The translations under genes and the position numbers were made by a program. From Gnetum montanum (Eukaryota; Plantae; Gnetophyta), in contig MNCI01002391.1 in the NCBI GenBank assembly GCA_015680685.1, positions 133,537 through 197,536 on the forward strand: DNA of 64,000 nucleotides, read 5' to 3'. This document shows positions 51,001-64,000 of the stretch, piece after piece (position 1 is the stretch's first letter; each line of letters begins with the position of its first letter). The notes beneath the pieces are model-generated. The model did not search any database, was not told the DNA's origin, and saw only the letters and a program-made list of their open reading frames with translations.

Positions 51001-51800
51001 TAGTAACTATAGTTGGAATACCCTTATTGCTCAAAGGTTTTCAAGTGGCATGCAAGCTCTATTTGCTCTAAAAAATAATTGTAGCAAGAAACAAATGTTG
51101 GCATGGGAGATCAAAAGGAACTTTTTTGCAGTCTTGTCCAACTTGTATATTATATGGGTATGTTGCTTCAGGACCTAACCTTCTCTTTCCACACGTAATT
51201 CGAAAAAATTAGAGCATGTTCCAAAATAGTTTTGTGTATGTGAATTTCCAGTGAAAATGTAGACTTCTTATGATATCTTACTTTTAGAAGCAAATTTGCT
51301 TCCATTTGAAGTTGAAGCCCTTTGCCAATTTATTGCTTGTACTCGGACGTTAAGTCACATGGAGTAAGTTAATTATGATAAGGAGATAATGAATGCTAGA
51401 CAAGAAAATTGATGGTTACATCAAGGAAAATTATGCCTTCAATCATAGAATATTGCCATAGAAGATTTTTCTTTAGACAAAAGGCTCTTTTGGAAAACTA
51501 TAAAAGAAAAAGTGTTGCCTAAAGTTTGGTTGAACAGCAGGGGAAAAACATTTTTATTTACATTATGTTAAAGAAGGTTTGTTATCTAGTATTCAACGAT
51601 ACCTATTCTCAGCTATTCCCATTCATTTAATGAATCAAATTGCTAGAGCAAGAATGAGCTCTCCTAATCTCCTTATTGAGACATGTCATTTGATCAATTT
51701 ACTTAGAGAAGAGCATATTTGCAGACTGTGCAAACAAAGCATAGAAGATGAAGAACATATTTTTATTTTTCCCATCTTTACCTCACATTCAATTGAATTA
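48040..51800 (+). mobile_element. Degenerate non-LTR retrotransposon (APE-RT-CCHC; RTEX-like), interrupted by a solo LTR
   Basis: APE: VFLCGDFNAH, SCID, ESSHH. RT: QVGF, FVDFSKAYDSI, GVKQGCPLSPTFF, LLFVDDVAL, GMKINTNKTK. C-terminus: RMSSPNLLIET...ICRLCKQSIEDEEH. Confidence 0.9.
49241..50167 (+). repeat. Solo LTR (927 bp), TGATGA...TCATCA family, inserted in the LINE RT
   Basis: Terminal inverted hexamers, TSD CTGGC/CTTGC, GATATCGGACCC repeat array, CCTATAAATA, AATAAA; CpGs largely intact, suggesting a young insertion. Confidence 0.9.
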
Positions 51801-54314
51801 TACTATTAATTGTAATGTGCTGATTGTTTTCTTTTAAATTGACCCTATTTGCTTGGGGCATTACATCAATGATGTTTTCAACTTTCTTCAACATTATGTT
51901 GAGGCCTTTGTCATTTTCTATATTAAAAATTTCTAATTTCCAGTTTCCAATATACAGCACCTCTCCCAGAAAGTGTCCTAAATATAGTGCATTTTGTTTA
52001 AAAAGTTCGTGAATGAGTTACTGGTAATAAAATACTTTGAATGTAAACTAATGAGGTTTGAAATTGGAAATTTAACAAAACTTGCTGTTTATCCTCTAAG
52101 ATATTCTGAAAACAAAGCTTGAAAGTATGTTTGTGTGATTCAAGATGAGCTCTAAAGATGGCCACTTTTAGATGTAGTGCTATAGCCTGAACTGAATAAT
52201 GAGCATTCTTCTAAAATCATTTCCTTGAGTACAATGGAGATAGTAATATTTTTTTACCTTCTGTTCCATCATATACCTTAGGAAGTACCTTCTGTCTGAT
52301 AATTTTTAAAAATATTTTGAGGTATGCATATCATATCTGTAACTTTGGATTTGGATATTCCATTGTTGAAGCCATGTAATTCCTTGTTTGAACCATGCAT
52401 TATCCTGAGTAGATAAATAGACCTCTGTAGATAGATGATTACCTCGACGAGTTAACATTTTATGATAAAAAGACACAAATTGTTAGAGGACTTAAGCTTC
52501 CCCTTGCATCATATCTACTTCTTAGAGCAAAATATCATATGGAGTCTAGGATCTCACTTTTAAGGTAATAAAGATGAAATTGTTTTTGAACATGTTCTAT
52601 TTTGTGCCACAATTTGGCAGATAAACCATGTCCCAGGCTACATATCAATAACGAATAACAAGTACTACAAGGGCAGTAAAAAGCTTTTTTTGAGCCTCCC
52701 AAGCCCAACAACGAAGTTGTTGTAGAGCATATAGGCCAGGATGATGTTGATGCCAAAAATCATGGCTTTCGTTTCATGACTTCATCAGCATTAACATTCA
52801 TCCCTGTGTATGTGTGGAAATCTGCAAAAATCTGCAACGTGTTGTCAATTAAAACCACATCATCTTCGAATAACAGAATATTGATAGCAGTTTGCTGAGC
52901 TTAGACGGAATTCACACTCTAGTGTGCATCCATTCCTCTAAGAAATCGAATTAGAATTGTCTCTCTTAATGCATTACATATACATTGGAATTTTTTTAGT
53001 GTCTTGGTATTAACAGTCCTTTATGTTCTTATTGTAATGTTGAAGAAACAAACATATATTTTGGAATCGCAAAGTTGCTATGAGTCAAGTTAGGTCAAGC
53101 CACAAAGAAGTTTTAGTTGGTAACAAAATATGGAAAAATTAAAAATAAATATCATAAAAGCTTGCATTCTTTGGAATCGGTCTCAGCTTCAACAAGGATA
53201 TTTACTCTATTCAGTCTATTGAGTACAGCTCTAATTTGCCGGTTTTGCAACAGTTTTCCAAACCCATTTTCTACTGCCCAATTCTTGTGCAATGGAAGTG
53301 TAAATAGCAGCAATGATGCCAAATGAAATCATGATGGATTTCTATGAACGCAAACAAAGAGAGAGGATTTTTCAGTTAAAGGAGGCTGCTTCTGCAACGA
53401 AGAAAACAAGGCAAAACTGGAAAAAAGCAGAAAGAACAGAGCGCAGACAGAAATATGCACAAAACGTGTAGGCTGTGTGAAAATTTAAGGATAGTGAAGC
53501 AGCGTCAGCAAGAACTGAATCTGCATTGATCTGGGTACCAGAACACGTTATCTGCTTTTATTTACTTTCGATTTTGTTGGAATGGTGGGTTATGACTTGT
53601 AGTTGTTGTAGAGGCTCGGATCCTTTTCCACTTGCACTTACATGATGAGGCTCTGTTTTTAGGATTACATGATTTGTTTCGTTAGTTACCGATAAATGCT
53701 TTTCTGTGGTAGTTTCTCAAAATCACTCTTGGTTTGGGCAACATCTGTTTCGTTAGCAAGACATCCGTGACAGTGCTTTGTATCTGAAATTTATTATAAA
53801 AAAATTAAATCTTGTTAGAAATTCTCTATTTCATAGTCTGCACAGAAGAAGATTGGAATCCCACCGATACAAGTTGTGGAACACTGGAACTGTAGAAAAG
53901 TTGGGAAAGAAGAGCCACTGGAATATTTCTGCTGCCAATTTAAAAAGAGTAGTCTGATTCGATTCCTAAGAAGTAACACATTTATACTGCTTTATATGTG
54001 ACATGAAATGGAACTTTTGGGATGATTTTGCCGCTACCATTCCAAATCCAAAAAGATTAATTGCTTGTAACCAAACGTCACGTGAAGGAAGCAACAATTC
54101 AGAAAGAAAGCAGTATGTTTTTACGTTTTTTTTTCTAATGAGCATGATCGTAAATTCAATTTCAGTATTCTGTATCTCCACGAGTGTCATCTACTGCCTG
54201 TTTTATGTCTTTAATTCTTTGGCTTGTTGGAGTCATTTCAGCTTGACAACGATGTCTGGATTCCAGCTACATAGCACAACATGATTTTAGTGGGAAAATA
54301 CTTCTTGACCATAG

Positions 54315-54452
54315 TAACTTGCAACTTGAAGACAAAATAACAAGGATTACTCCATGATCATGATACAGTAATACACTATCTTGCAACTTGAAGTCAAGAT
54401 AACAAGGATTACTTCATGATCGTAATACAGTAATACACTATCTTGCAACTTG
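54315..54452. repeat. ~63 bp tandem duplication
   Basis: CTTGCAACTTGAAG.CAA.ATAACAAGGATTACT.CATGATC..ATACAGTAATACACTAT occurs twice; single copy in the paralog at ~45490-45555. Confidence 0.85.
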
Positions 54453-54919
54453 GTTTTAGAATAATCATCGTAGATTTTCTGGTCTTGAAATGCAGTAACT
54501 TACAGTGAAAATAGGATTAATCATCATCATTACGGCTGCCGTTTATCCTAGTAACATGGGTTAACATGTTCAAATCAGTTAGCATGATTAGACAGAACTT
54601 TTGTAGTCCTCTTTCAATTGATGCTCCTGAACAACGTATAATTTTATCTGTTGAACAAGAAGGTACAGGGTGTAACCATTCGAGCTAAGCATTATCGATG
54701 CAGCTTGGGTTAGTCGTTAGTTGAAACTACTTTCTCATATTAATGAAGCTTAAAAGTCTTTCTGATTTTACATGAATTAGGCAACCAGGAATAGTAAAAC
54801 CATTCACTGTTAATCAGCTTGCAAGAGGAGTTTACTTCTGTAGGAAACATCATGTTCTCTTTAGAGAGTTAAAATCTGGCTTACTATTAAGAGGGTGCTA
54901 GAATCCTGAAATAAGTCAA

Positions 54920-54990
54920 CATTGCTCATCAGAATCGAACCTATGACTTAGAGCTTTCAAATCAAGAATCTTTACAACTAAGCTAACACC
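54920..54990 (-). mobile_element. tRNA-derived SINE head
   Basis: Minus strand A-box-like TAGCTTAGTTG and B-box GGTTCGATTC; no full cloverleaf. Confidence 0.6.
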
Positions 54991-57843
54991 TCATTATAAG
55001 AAAATGTTATTAGAACAATGATGTTACCTCATTATTAGAAAATGTTATTGGAACAATGGTGTTAGTGTTGCAGTTATTCTTTAAATAATACAATATTACA
55101 AGTGATCAAAGATCACATGAAATGCTTCAGAGATACCATATCCTCATAAAAAGCTCTAGTTGGAGTGACAAAGCTATGGAGTAATCAATTATATCAAGAA
55201 GTCTAAGGCATCAGTTTGGTAAATGTGCAAAGGTATCGGGATGCTAAAATTGGATAGAGATCAAAATTAATCTGCTTAGTCTAAGAAACGGACTTCACGA
55301 TAAATCTTTTCATAGGTGTAAAAAGTTGGCATTCTTGCAAAATAACGAATTAATGATGATGTATCACACCCTAACAGGTCAGTAAAATTGAAAGTGAAAC
55401 TAACCTGCATCATGTATCTGTGATGTAGCCTTGGAGGCTAGTTTAGTGAGGGATAAGGGATAACAAATTATACTTCAAATGTTAGGTAAATTCTGTAACA
55501 CATTAATAAAAATAAATGTGAAGACAAAAGATTATGATTTGTGATATAAAGTAAGGTACAATTTTTTATGGGCTGTGCAAATTTGGGCATTGGAAAAACA
55601 ATAATTGTATAACAAAATGAACCAATGAGTTGGTAAGTTCTTGAAGAGTCGGTCAGTTCAACTTCCATTAGAACGATTAGGGGTTTGATACCAGGCAAAC
55701 TTGCTCTAGCACCTCTACCTAGAAAGGTGGAAGAAAACGAAGAAATTCAATCTTTCACCACTCATACTGTCACCTAATCTGAGATTCCTATTAAACTTGT
55801 CTAAGATGACATATAGCTGGACCCAACTTCCCTTGTTTCATGGATAAAAGGAGATCATGAGTCCGCATTATCAAAATATTCTTATGACTTTTATATTTAT
55901 GAAAGCTATCTACAAGGAATCTTATACATCATTTCCATTCTAACCACCCTGTTAGTGTCGACTAAATTTTTTGATAAAGTTAGACAGGAGAGAAGGTAAG
56001 AGTCAAGTTGGAATGCCTAACACTTTGGTGGATTACAAAACACTATAGGGATTCCATTACCAGTGCTTCACATCTCATGTGACTTGCTCATCCGAAGAAA
56101 AAGAAAGATGCCTTTTCAATAACTTGATTGGGCAGAAATAAAAGTTTTGGATATTGCAGGGGCCACTTGCATTTGCAGCCACATGCCACATCCAAAGAAT
56201 AAGTCTCCGCTGCATACAAGCACAAGATGCTCTTGAGACAAGGAAAAATTTTGCAAAAGTTCTGTTTCTTATTAAATCAGAAAAAGTCCTTTGGAATATT
56301 TTACCAGCCCTTTGTTCAACTAAGAGTTTTTAGTTTTATGCAAGCTCTGTTTTCCATTTCTTGATTCTCTGAAGTGGCTTAGTTCCACAGTAATCAAGTA
56401 TGAGAACGGCATCAGCCTCACTTATCTTTAGAAATTATAGAACATTTTTCTGAAGAATTCTAATTGAATGCTTCTATGATTTGCCCAGCGCTCTGATAAT
56501 TCTTTGAAGCAGTGTTACAAAACTGTTCTTATTCCAACAGAATATTAGCGTAAAAATAATTAAGGTTCAACATTGAACACTGGATAAAAAATTCTAAACT
56601 AGTACTTTTTCTAAATTCATTAAAAAGAACAAAGCAAAAACCTAACAAAACGGAAAACATAGTTTTTTTTTAAAGAAGAAAAGCTATTCTTCACATTTTA
56701 AATAAACTAACAGGTAGACAGCAATAAATAAACTAACAGGAAGTTCCGAAGTAGACGGTGATAAAATATCCTCTAAAATAGGGCCAACGAGCAAGCAAAC
56801 TTGATCATGAATGGCACCGGAGATATTCTTCAACAGAGTTGTAAAAAATTCCACATTACAAATAAAAATAAACTTTTAGCAGTAATCCAAAGAGTAACTA
56901 CCATTGTTAATGCTGATAGACCTATTTCAAAATTCAAAGAATGCACAATTTTGTGATATTTTTATCTACCAAAACTTCTTCCAAGCAAATTCCATGTTAA
57001 AGGAGTGAGTTTGCAATTCCAAAATGTACTTTAAAATCTTTCCTCAACATTTCATTGACGATGGTGCAGATTTCCACCCATTGCAATTTCAAACTATTAG
57101 TAAACGTTAAATTTTCTTAAGCGTCTTCAAAAAAAGGGAATAAAACGCAATACAAACAGAACAAGTAGAAGAAAACAAACCCATAAAAAGAAGACAGAGT
57201 ATGCAAACGAGGAAAAATATGAAGGGAAAAAAAAAGCAAAAGCTCCGTGTGAACCAAAGCCAACCAGTCCACTCTCAAATCTGAACAGCAGTCTGTGTGC
57301 TTACGCCATGCAAATCATCTTTAACCAGTGAGTGAGTGGTTAGGGAGCATCAGATCAGATCCATTCATCCACAACCTAATTTTCTTTTGATTGATTCGTG
57401 GGTCTTACAGTTTGAGTAGCTGGCGTCTTCCGGTGAGCTTTATTGAGAATAGTGACAAAAAAATGCAGCTGGGTATTCCTGTTTTTGGTCAAGTCTCTTC
57501 CAGATAATGTTTTCGCTTAAATGGAGAACTGAAAATTGAAATATATGCTTGAGCGGGGTACATGCAGTTACTTGTATCAGTGCGCACAATCTGGATGTTG
57601 GTTGCCTCATCAAAATGAAAGGAAGTCACCTTTATAACAGACTCTTGAATAAGGAAGTACAAGTTTGGAATATTTTGAAGGCACATACACGTTTTTGTTG
57701 CAGCTGATCATGATAGGTGTTGAAGCAATGAAAAAGATTGCTAGGATGTTTTTTTCTTGCCATACAACCTGCCATAGGCTGTTTCTTAGCTTGCATGTTC
57801 CTTCGGAATTAGGTGGTCCTTCTTTCTCAATATCTTGTTAACT

Positions 57844-58222
57844 CCCTAAATCCATGTCACATGGTTTGGGTTTGTTGGAGTTGATGGCAGGTTAACAAAT
57901 AAACTTGCTAACATCTAAGAACTTTTTTGTTTTGTGTTTTTCACTGATATTGTGTTTTTCAATAATAAACAAAGGCAAGAATAGAATCCAAACCTTTTGA
58001 TCAAGAGATGAATGTCTTGATAGCTGGGTTGGCATCTAACTTGAAAGAATGACTAAATATACCCTAAATCCCATGTCACATGGTTTGGGTTTGTTGGAGC
58101 TGTTGGCAAGTTAGCAAATAAACTTGCTAACATCTAAGAACTTTTTTGTTTTATTTTTATTTTTTTCATGGGTACAGAGGCAAGAATAGAATCCAAACCT
58201 TTTGATCAAGAGATGAATGTGT
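57844..58222. repeat. ~217 bp tandem duplication containing a SINE-like segment
   Basis: CCCTAAATCC..ATGTCACATGGTTTGGGTTTGTTGGAG and GCAAGAATAGAATCCAAACCTTTTGATCAAGAGATGAATGT each occur twice; a third partial copy at ~58445-58545. Confidence 0.8.
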
Positions 58223-59099
58223 GTAAGTATACCCAAGACATATAGCCAATATAGATTAAGAGATAAATGTTGCACCTTGAATGCTTTTTGAGGAAGAATT
58301 ATCGAGGAATATAATGATGCCTTAAATGAGGCTTAAACTAGCAACCCCTTAACTAATGAGATACTGAGCTAACTATTGAGCAACCTATCATTGGCTACAC
58401 CTTAATGTTTTTTTTAAATGTTATTTGTAGAAGAACCTTTTACAAAGAATAGAATACAAATAAAATTTCTTACAAGAATAGAATCCAAATCTCTTACAAG
58501 AAATTGGTTATAGACTCTTGATCAAGAGATTAATGTCTTAATATCTGAAGTGTACCTAAGAAAGTACACCCCATGACATCAAGACATATAGCCTATGCAC
58601 TAGAGATTCGCAAATCCCATAAAATTTTTATGAACTATATGTTTTTGAAGCAAGAGCATGAACAGAAGCACGTAAGATTCTCTCTAAAAACTTTTAATTT
58701 AATTTAAATTAAAAAAATATTTAATAGAAGTAAAATGTGAAAAAAAAACTAAAAGATATTTAATTTAAATATTTTATTGTTTTGTAATTCATGTCCCCAC
58801 CTGTGACCTAGTCTTTGCATATGTTTACGTACCCAAATGCAAATTGAATCGTGAATCCTTGATTCCTTGCTTCATTTGATGCATAGTGTAAGTAAGGCAG
58901 ATTCATTTGATGCATAAAGCACATACATTATTTTGAATAATGCCTCTATGGTGCAAATAATCTTTTGAGGTATGTCCTCTTTAAGAGTATTAATCTTAAA
59001 CAATTTTAAGTAAGGGCTAAGAACAAAATTATGTGATTTAAAGAGGAGTGGTGCTTGAGCATGCCATGGGTTCCTCTTTCAATCTTCATTTTCCATTTG

Positions 59100-60271
59100 T
59101 ACCTTCTTCTAGCTTAAGCTTATTGGTGCGTTGCACTAGGGATCTTGAAAGACATGTTTATTAATATGAAATATCTTATTGATTCAAGAGGGTAGTAGAT
59201 CTATTCTTTGTTTTAAATTTCTTTTTGGGTCTAATACTAATGTTTCTTCTTAGTGTCTTTTCTAAGTCTTATGGTTCCTAAAGTTACCTTAACTGTAAGA
59301 TCTTATAGGATAACAACCTATTTAGATGTAGCAAAAGGTATAGAAGATGCAAGTCATGGCACTTTAATAGTAATAGATAGTCTTAATATAGTATGGGACA
59401 CATACAAGGTTGAGTAGAAGATTAGTAGTAGCTAGAAGATTAGTAGTAGAAGATTAGTAGTATGGGACACAATTGAGGTTGAGTCAGATGTCTTGGAAGT
59501 TGATCTATGCATGCAATCCTTGTGAGTTCTAAGGAGCTTTCAATCCTTCAGGAAGACTTAGACCTAGCTACTTAGGGATACTCTTGGATGAGACTAATAC
59601 CTAGTTAGTTTAGGAGAAAAGTGGAATTAGACTCAGGATTGTAATTAGTAGGTTATCTAGCTAAAAAGAAGTAGTAAAGGTGACTGTGATGGCCCTTATC
59701 ATGTAATTCAAGTTTCAGGGACTTTCTACTTAGACCACATGACTACTGCAAGCTTGTTGAGGTTACTTGGGGTAGCTATAATATCCCATCCCTTGTTAAG
59801 GATGGACTTATATCATTAACAATGCAACTAACATTCAAAAGAATGAGTGCCTTATTATGAGTAGTTGTAACTATTCATGGTACCCCTTAGGGATGGGTTT
59901 GACCTATGACACTTAAGGCCAAGGCTTAGAGATCATGTTAAGTATCGATTTACAAAGCCAGATTGACTAGTGATGAAAGCTAGATGAAATAGAACATGAA
60001 GGGGCCAATGACCCCTTCGGTCTTATGGCCTAATTATAATGATAGTGTTGGATTACCTCTAAGGATCCTAAGTATCATAGGAAGATAACCCAAGATCATT
60101 GATAGTGTACTCAAATAAATTTTATTAATAAAGTTTTGCCATTTATTTCTTGTTTTATTTCACTCTCTTGCCATTCCTTTTAATTAGATTATTTCAATGT
60201 TAAACAATGATTCTATGCAATGAACACTTAGATTCATTGACATCTAGGAATGGGATTCCACATCTAATATC
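59100..60271 (+). repeat. Probable LTR-derived noncoding remnant
   Basis: CHG-depleted composition, internal tandem repeats (AGAAGATTAGTAGT), AATAAA, ends ...CTAATATCA; boundaries uncertain. Confidence 0.3.
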
Positions 60272-60449
60272 AAAGAAAACCATGATTTTGGAGCCAAAAG
60301 TGAATTGAAGAAAGTGGATTGAAAAAAGAAAAAACTAATTGACATTCTTTTATTAATAAAATAAGAAAGGAAGTACATCAATAATGTATATGGGACATGG
60401 GAAAGTGTAAACATCAATGATACAAGTTGAATTAAACATCCAAATTAAA

Positions 60450-61690
60450 AGACTAAAGGGGATCCTTGGCAACTTTTACTTAAGCCACCTGCTCTTCTTT
60501 GGTGACATCATCTTTTTCAAGTACATCCAAAAATCTAGCTAATCCATCGCAAAGTTACCAAATGTCGTTAGTGACACTCTTTGTAGCAACATTTACTTTG
60601 TTAGCCTTGTCAAGTTTTGATTTCAATAGGTTGACTTGAAGTATTCATTATGCCACATCATCTTGCCATTCTTTCTTCTTCCTCTACATGTACAAGGAAA
60701 GTATGCAAAATGGGAGGAAATAATATAATAATTAAAAAACAAGACAAAAGAAAAGAGAAAAATAAGGAGAATTCACTACTTATGTGAAGTTGATCATTTT
60801 TAATCTGGAGGATACATTCATGATTCAGCAAGTATCGAGCCAAGAAACTAGCACTCTTCAGTTTCCCTAAAATCTATTAAAGGTTTTTAGTGACCTCTAG
60901 AGCATCTTCAAGAATTATATAAAATGCTGAGGAATCACTAGACTACACCAATTCATAAGCACTTCTGAAGTCATAGGACTTGGACTCCCTTACAAGATAT
61001 AATAACTCACAAATAGAGTGTAAAATATTCTTGGTAATATGATCACTAAGATTATGAAGAAGAACAATGATCACCATTTGTCCTAATAACTCACAAACGG
61101 AGTGTAGAGTATTCTTGGTAATATGATCACTAAGATTATGTAGAAGAACAATGATCACCATTTGTCCTACAAAGTGAGATGAGCCCTTGGTGCTAATTGA
61201 AGGAATCACATTGATGGGAAGAGATCCAGAAGAAGAGATTAGCAATATAGATTGTAAGCCCCTAGATAAAGTTGAACTTTTCACTAGAATGACCCATGGA
61301 AAGTGTACCTATGGAGATTTTGGTGGTGGGGTAGCAACCCACTCAAATCTAGACTTATGTGGGGATTTTCTTTTCAACTCATGAATAAAGTATTCTTAGG
61401 CCAAGGATATTTACAACACAAAATGTGAGACAACAACGTTAAAAAAGAAAGTATTCAAAACTTGATAAGTAGTAAGTAGTTTAAATTACCTGGTTCCTTT
61501 TCCTTTTGTTTATCACTTAAATACTATCCACTTGAACCTTGTCTAGTGTGCGATTTTTTTAATTAAATTTAGAGATAATATATATATAATAAATATATAC
61601 ATGATGACAAACCATGACACTTACTTTTTTTGCCTCTAATTCATCCTTCCTTGGACTTGCTTCCCCACCACCTCCTCCTTGAAACATCAC
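60450..61690 (-). pseudogene. Degenerate multi-exon TE-associated ORF with coiled-coil C-terminus
   Basis: Minus-strand donors GTAAGT (61624) and GTAATT (61489); in-frame 84-bp tandem repeat at 61001-61168; exon RKKEWQDDVA**ILQVNLLKSKLDKANK... Confidence 0.4.
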
Positions 61691-61950
61691 AAAGAAAATT
61701 CTTGTTACAACTTATGATTGAAACCATTATAATTTGATGGGAAATAATGGTAGACACAATTGCCTTATTTTTCCCAAGCACCTAACATTGTAACCTTCTT
61801 CATTGGATTGTGAAGTGAATTTTCATTATAAAATGTGTAGTTTGCAATTCACATGCTATAATCTCACATGCCTTGACTTATAGAGGCTAAAAAATGCCTC
61901 ATAAGTGAAAAATGCTTCACTTTTCAAGTGAAAAAAAGTTGTACTAGGCA

Positions 61951-62923
61951 TGTAGCTAGGCCCAAGAAGGCTGAAAATACCTTGGGAACCACCAAATTTG
62001 TGTTGTTCATAGCATTTATGTTGGCTATGGCAATTAATACGCTACACGAACTTGCAGCCAATGCATTAATTTCATAGGTTTCAATGAGAACATCAAGGCC
62101 AACGCACTTTTGCTAGAGAAGTCAAAGGCTAGCATACTATTGCTAGAAGAAGCCAAGGCCAACGTATTTTTGCTAGGAGAAGCCAAAACTAGCATATTTT
62201 TCATGAGACTTGGCAAAATTTGGAAGATACGCTAGGTATGAAAGACCTACAACACTTCCAAATTAAATCAATCTGTCAGTAATTATGGTAGAGAATTTGT
62301 AGCTTCAAATCAATAACCATAGGACGTATAAAAACCAAATTCAAATGTATTGAAATGACTTTTGTCATTTTGATCATTCTTGAGCATTGGAGTTGAACAT
62401 TGAGACTTTTAGCATATTGCACATTGCTAAGAGTCTAACAACCATTCCACCATCTTTCAACACCAACACAGTAGATTTGTACCTAAGAACTAGCAAGGAG
62501 TGTTGGAAACTAAAGTTTGGAAGTATTTGGATCAAGAAACTGACTATAGGACACAATCTACTGGTTTCATGAAACTTCAAGCATCATTTGTGCAGCTCCT
62601 TGTGCATCTAAGCACATAACTTGTATACATTTGAACTTATTCTCTTTAATATTTTATTATTTTAAATAAAACTTGGCAGTTCATTTGTGTATTTCAAGTT
62701 TATTATCTTGCACTTCAACTTTATTTTGTGTATGTTCTCTAGTATTAGATCTGCAATTTCATAAGTTTTTTTAAACTCATTTAAAATTTCTAAGTCCTTG
62801 AGTGATCGACAAAACCATCCAAGGTACCTTGGATCCTCTTTTTCAAGGGCTTTTGGGATCCAAGGTTAAATTGTTCCATCATAGATCTTTGGTTTAATAG
62901 CATCAAAATTTTTTGGTGCAATA
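61951..62923 (+). repeat. 5' LTR of an Ogre/Tat-like gypsy element continuing beyond the window
   Basis: Starts TGTAGCTAGGCCC; four ~30-bp tandem repeats at 62095-62215; GTATAAAAA ~62326; ends AATTTTTTGGTGCAA(T)A, followed by PBS-like TGGCAC at 62929. Confidence 0.6.
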
Positions 62924-64000
62924 GTTTTTGGCACTAAGTTGTTTGCCTAATCTAATCTCCCCTTTTTGAAGCCAATTTTTTACAAATTTTAACATTTAAA
63001 ATATACATTGAAATTTGCCAATAACCAATGTAAGCATCCATTCTCTTGCAATTCGTACTCAATGTACTTATTGTAGTTAGTTTGGGTATTACCAAAATTT
63101 CACATCAGTTACTGGAAGTTTCTAAAGCTAGGGTATTTTTTGAAGAAACTTACATTTTTTACCCATTTAAATCTAGCTTAGGGATTCTCAAAGGCCAAAG
63201 TATTTTTGCTAGGTACCACCCACTTTTTGATGTGAAGTTTTTTTGCTATTACATTTCGTAGAAAGCCCAGCATATTTTTCCAAGAACCATCAGCATATCT
63301 TTTGATACCCATCATATCTTTCATACTTTCTTCCATAAAACCAATGTACTTTTTACCAAAATAGTTAGTGTATCTTTGGGAAAAGTAATACATTTATTAA
63401 TTTCACACCAATACCAATACCCAGTGTACTTCTTCAATAAGGGAAAATATACCATCATTTTTTAACAAGGTAAATCAAAACCTACTCTTCTTACATACAA
63501 AATATTTCTTGTTGGAAATACTAACATATCTCTTTGCAAATAATCAAAACTAGCATAGTTTTAATAGTGCACGTTGGGTGGAGTAAAACTAGTGAAAAAA
63601 CTAAAAATTGCATTTGCCATTTTCACACCAATTTTTTCCAATAACAAATTGCAATGCAAGATTATAGTTCAAAATCCATAATTAATTTTAAAATTTTACT
63701 AGTGCAATGCATAACACTGTTACATCTAACTACATTGTAGTTGCAATTTTTACCAGTTTCATAGCTAAGAGCACTTATCCACTAAGCAATTCCACTTGAA
63801 ATTATTTAGTAAAAATCAAATTAAATACTTGGCCAATGCCTTTCAGCAAATCAACTATATTACCTATCAACTTAATTGACATAGGTTCACACTAGGATGC
63901 GATATGCATGTACAATCCTAAAAATATAGCTATGGTTGAGCGTAGACAATCACTTGAGTAAAGGGGCAAAAGCTTAGACTTAGACTTTATCATAATCAAT

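Larger units (their letters stand above)
53235..55770 (-). pseudogene. Tandem segmental duplicate of the DUF761 gene 5' end and its upstream region
   Basis: 53235-53645 ~ 44395-44846; 53850-54460 ~ 45030-45570; 54800-55350 ~ 46300-46740; 55620-55770 ~ 47660-47860. The ORF reads MISFGIIAAIYTSIAQELGSRKWVWKTVAKPAN* and then diverges. Confidence 0.85.

Noticed and set aside
52535-52830. Possible exon or small protein downstream of the 53.3 kb paralog
   Set aside because: An acceptor-like TTGCAG is present on the minus strand, but there is no recognisable protein or homolog to support it.
54920-54990. tRNA gene (also 40985-41056)
   Set aside because: A/B boxes are present but no intact cloverleaf; better explained as SINE heads.
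57489-57686. 65-aa ORF in the CpG-retaining island
   Set aside because: No recognisable motif; length is expected by chance.

Overview
AT-rich, transposon-dominated land-plant genomic DNA. It is most consistent with a gymnosperm or fern, which is inference from the TE families and the strong CG/CHG deamination. Only one intact host gene is supported: an intronless DUF4408/DUF761 (cotton-fibre-expressed-like) gene on the minus strand (~43723-44490). It sits in a tandem cluster with three decayed paralog pieces. The most notable feature is a ~6.1 kb endogenous caulimovirid (pararetrovirus) at ~9966-16078. It appears to have been one long polyprotein: unknown N-terminal domain, 30K movement protein, coiled coil, capsid with zinc knuckle, aspartic protease, RT with its core deleted, RNase H, and an unknown C-terminal domain. 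A TATA box and a large leader hairpin follow it. Beside it lies a candidate non-autonomous Tat/Ogre-like Ty3/gypsy element with gag-protease but no RT/RH/INT, carrying two divergent accessory genes; one is antisense and has five GT-AG introns. The rest is nested Ty1/copia and Ty3/gypsy remnants, solo LTRs (one family present four times), a small two-LTR non-autonomous element, RTEX-like LINE pieces, tRNA-derived SINE heads and short tandem duplications. There are two single-N assembly gaps (30746, 39880). All coordinates were read by eye, and boundaries of degenerate elements are approximate.
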